Below are positions 63,825 to 64,000 of a stretch of DNA of 64,000 bases, one piece after another. The notes under the pieces are model-generated. The model was given only the letters and a program-made list of their open reading frames with translations, was not told where the DNA came from and did no database searches. The stretch spans positions 1 through 64,000 of the forward strand of contig NW_027590476.1 of NCBI RefSeq assembly GCF_964213995.1, given 5' to 3'. The DNA comes from Mustelus asterias (taxonomy: Eukaryota). The position numbers and the translations under genes were made by a program. Each line of letters opens with the position of its first letter. Positions within the stretch are counted from its first letter, which is position 1.

Positions 63825-64000
63825 GGGGCGGCACAGTAGCACAGTGGTTAGCACTGCTGCTTCACAGCTCAAGGGTCCCGGGTTCGATTCCTGGCTCGGG
63901 TCACTGTCTGTGTGGAGTTTGCACATTCTCCTCGTGTCTGCGTGGGTTTCCTCTGGGTGCTCCGGTTTCCTCCCACAGTCCAAAGATGTGCGGGTTAGGT
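63825..64000 (+). mobile_element. HE1-type SINE, cut by the window end
   Basis: High identity to 1606-1780. Confidence 0.85.

Overview
Eukaryotic genomic DNA from a cartilaginous fish, very likely a shark (inferred from HE1-type SINEs, DeuSINEs, CR1 LINEs and shark-type IgM/TCR sequences). The window looks like part of an antigen-receptor region. It holds three T-cell receptor alpha/delta-type V segments with 23-bp RSS: one apparently functional (57927-58428 +) and two pseudogenes (12391-13159 -, 52751-53096 +). Between them lies a relic shark IgM heavy-chain cluster: promoter, VH leader, a 41-bp VH stub, Cmu1-Cmu4, secretory tail, TM1 and TM2. Its VH-D-D-JH part is missing and a Penelope-like 3' fragment carrying a hammerhead-ribozyme motif sits at the junction. 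Also present: a remnant resembling a NAR-TCR/IgNAR V with an RSS, an intact two-exon GPR139/142-like GPCR gene, a decayed C2H2 zinc-finger array, and duplicated, mostly decaying tRNA gene arrays at both ends, including a structurally intact tRNA-Asn with the unusual ATT anticodon. Much of the rest is CR1, Rex/Babar, Penelope and SINE repeats. Repeat boundaries are approximate and family names come from recognition, not database searches.
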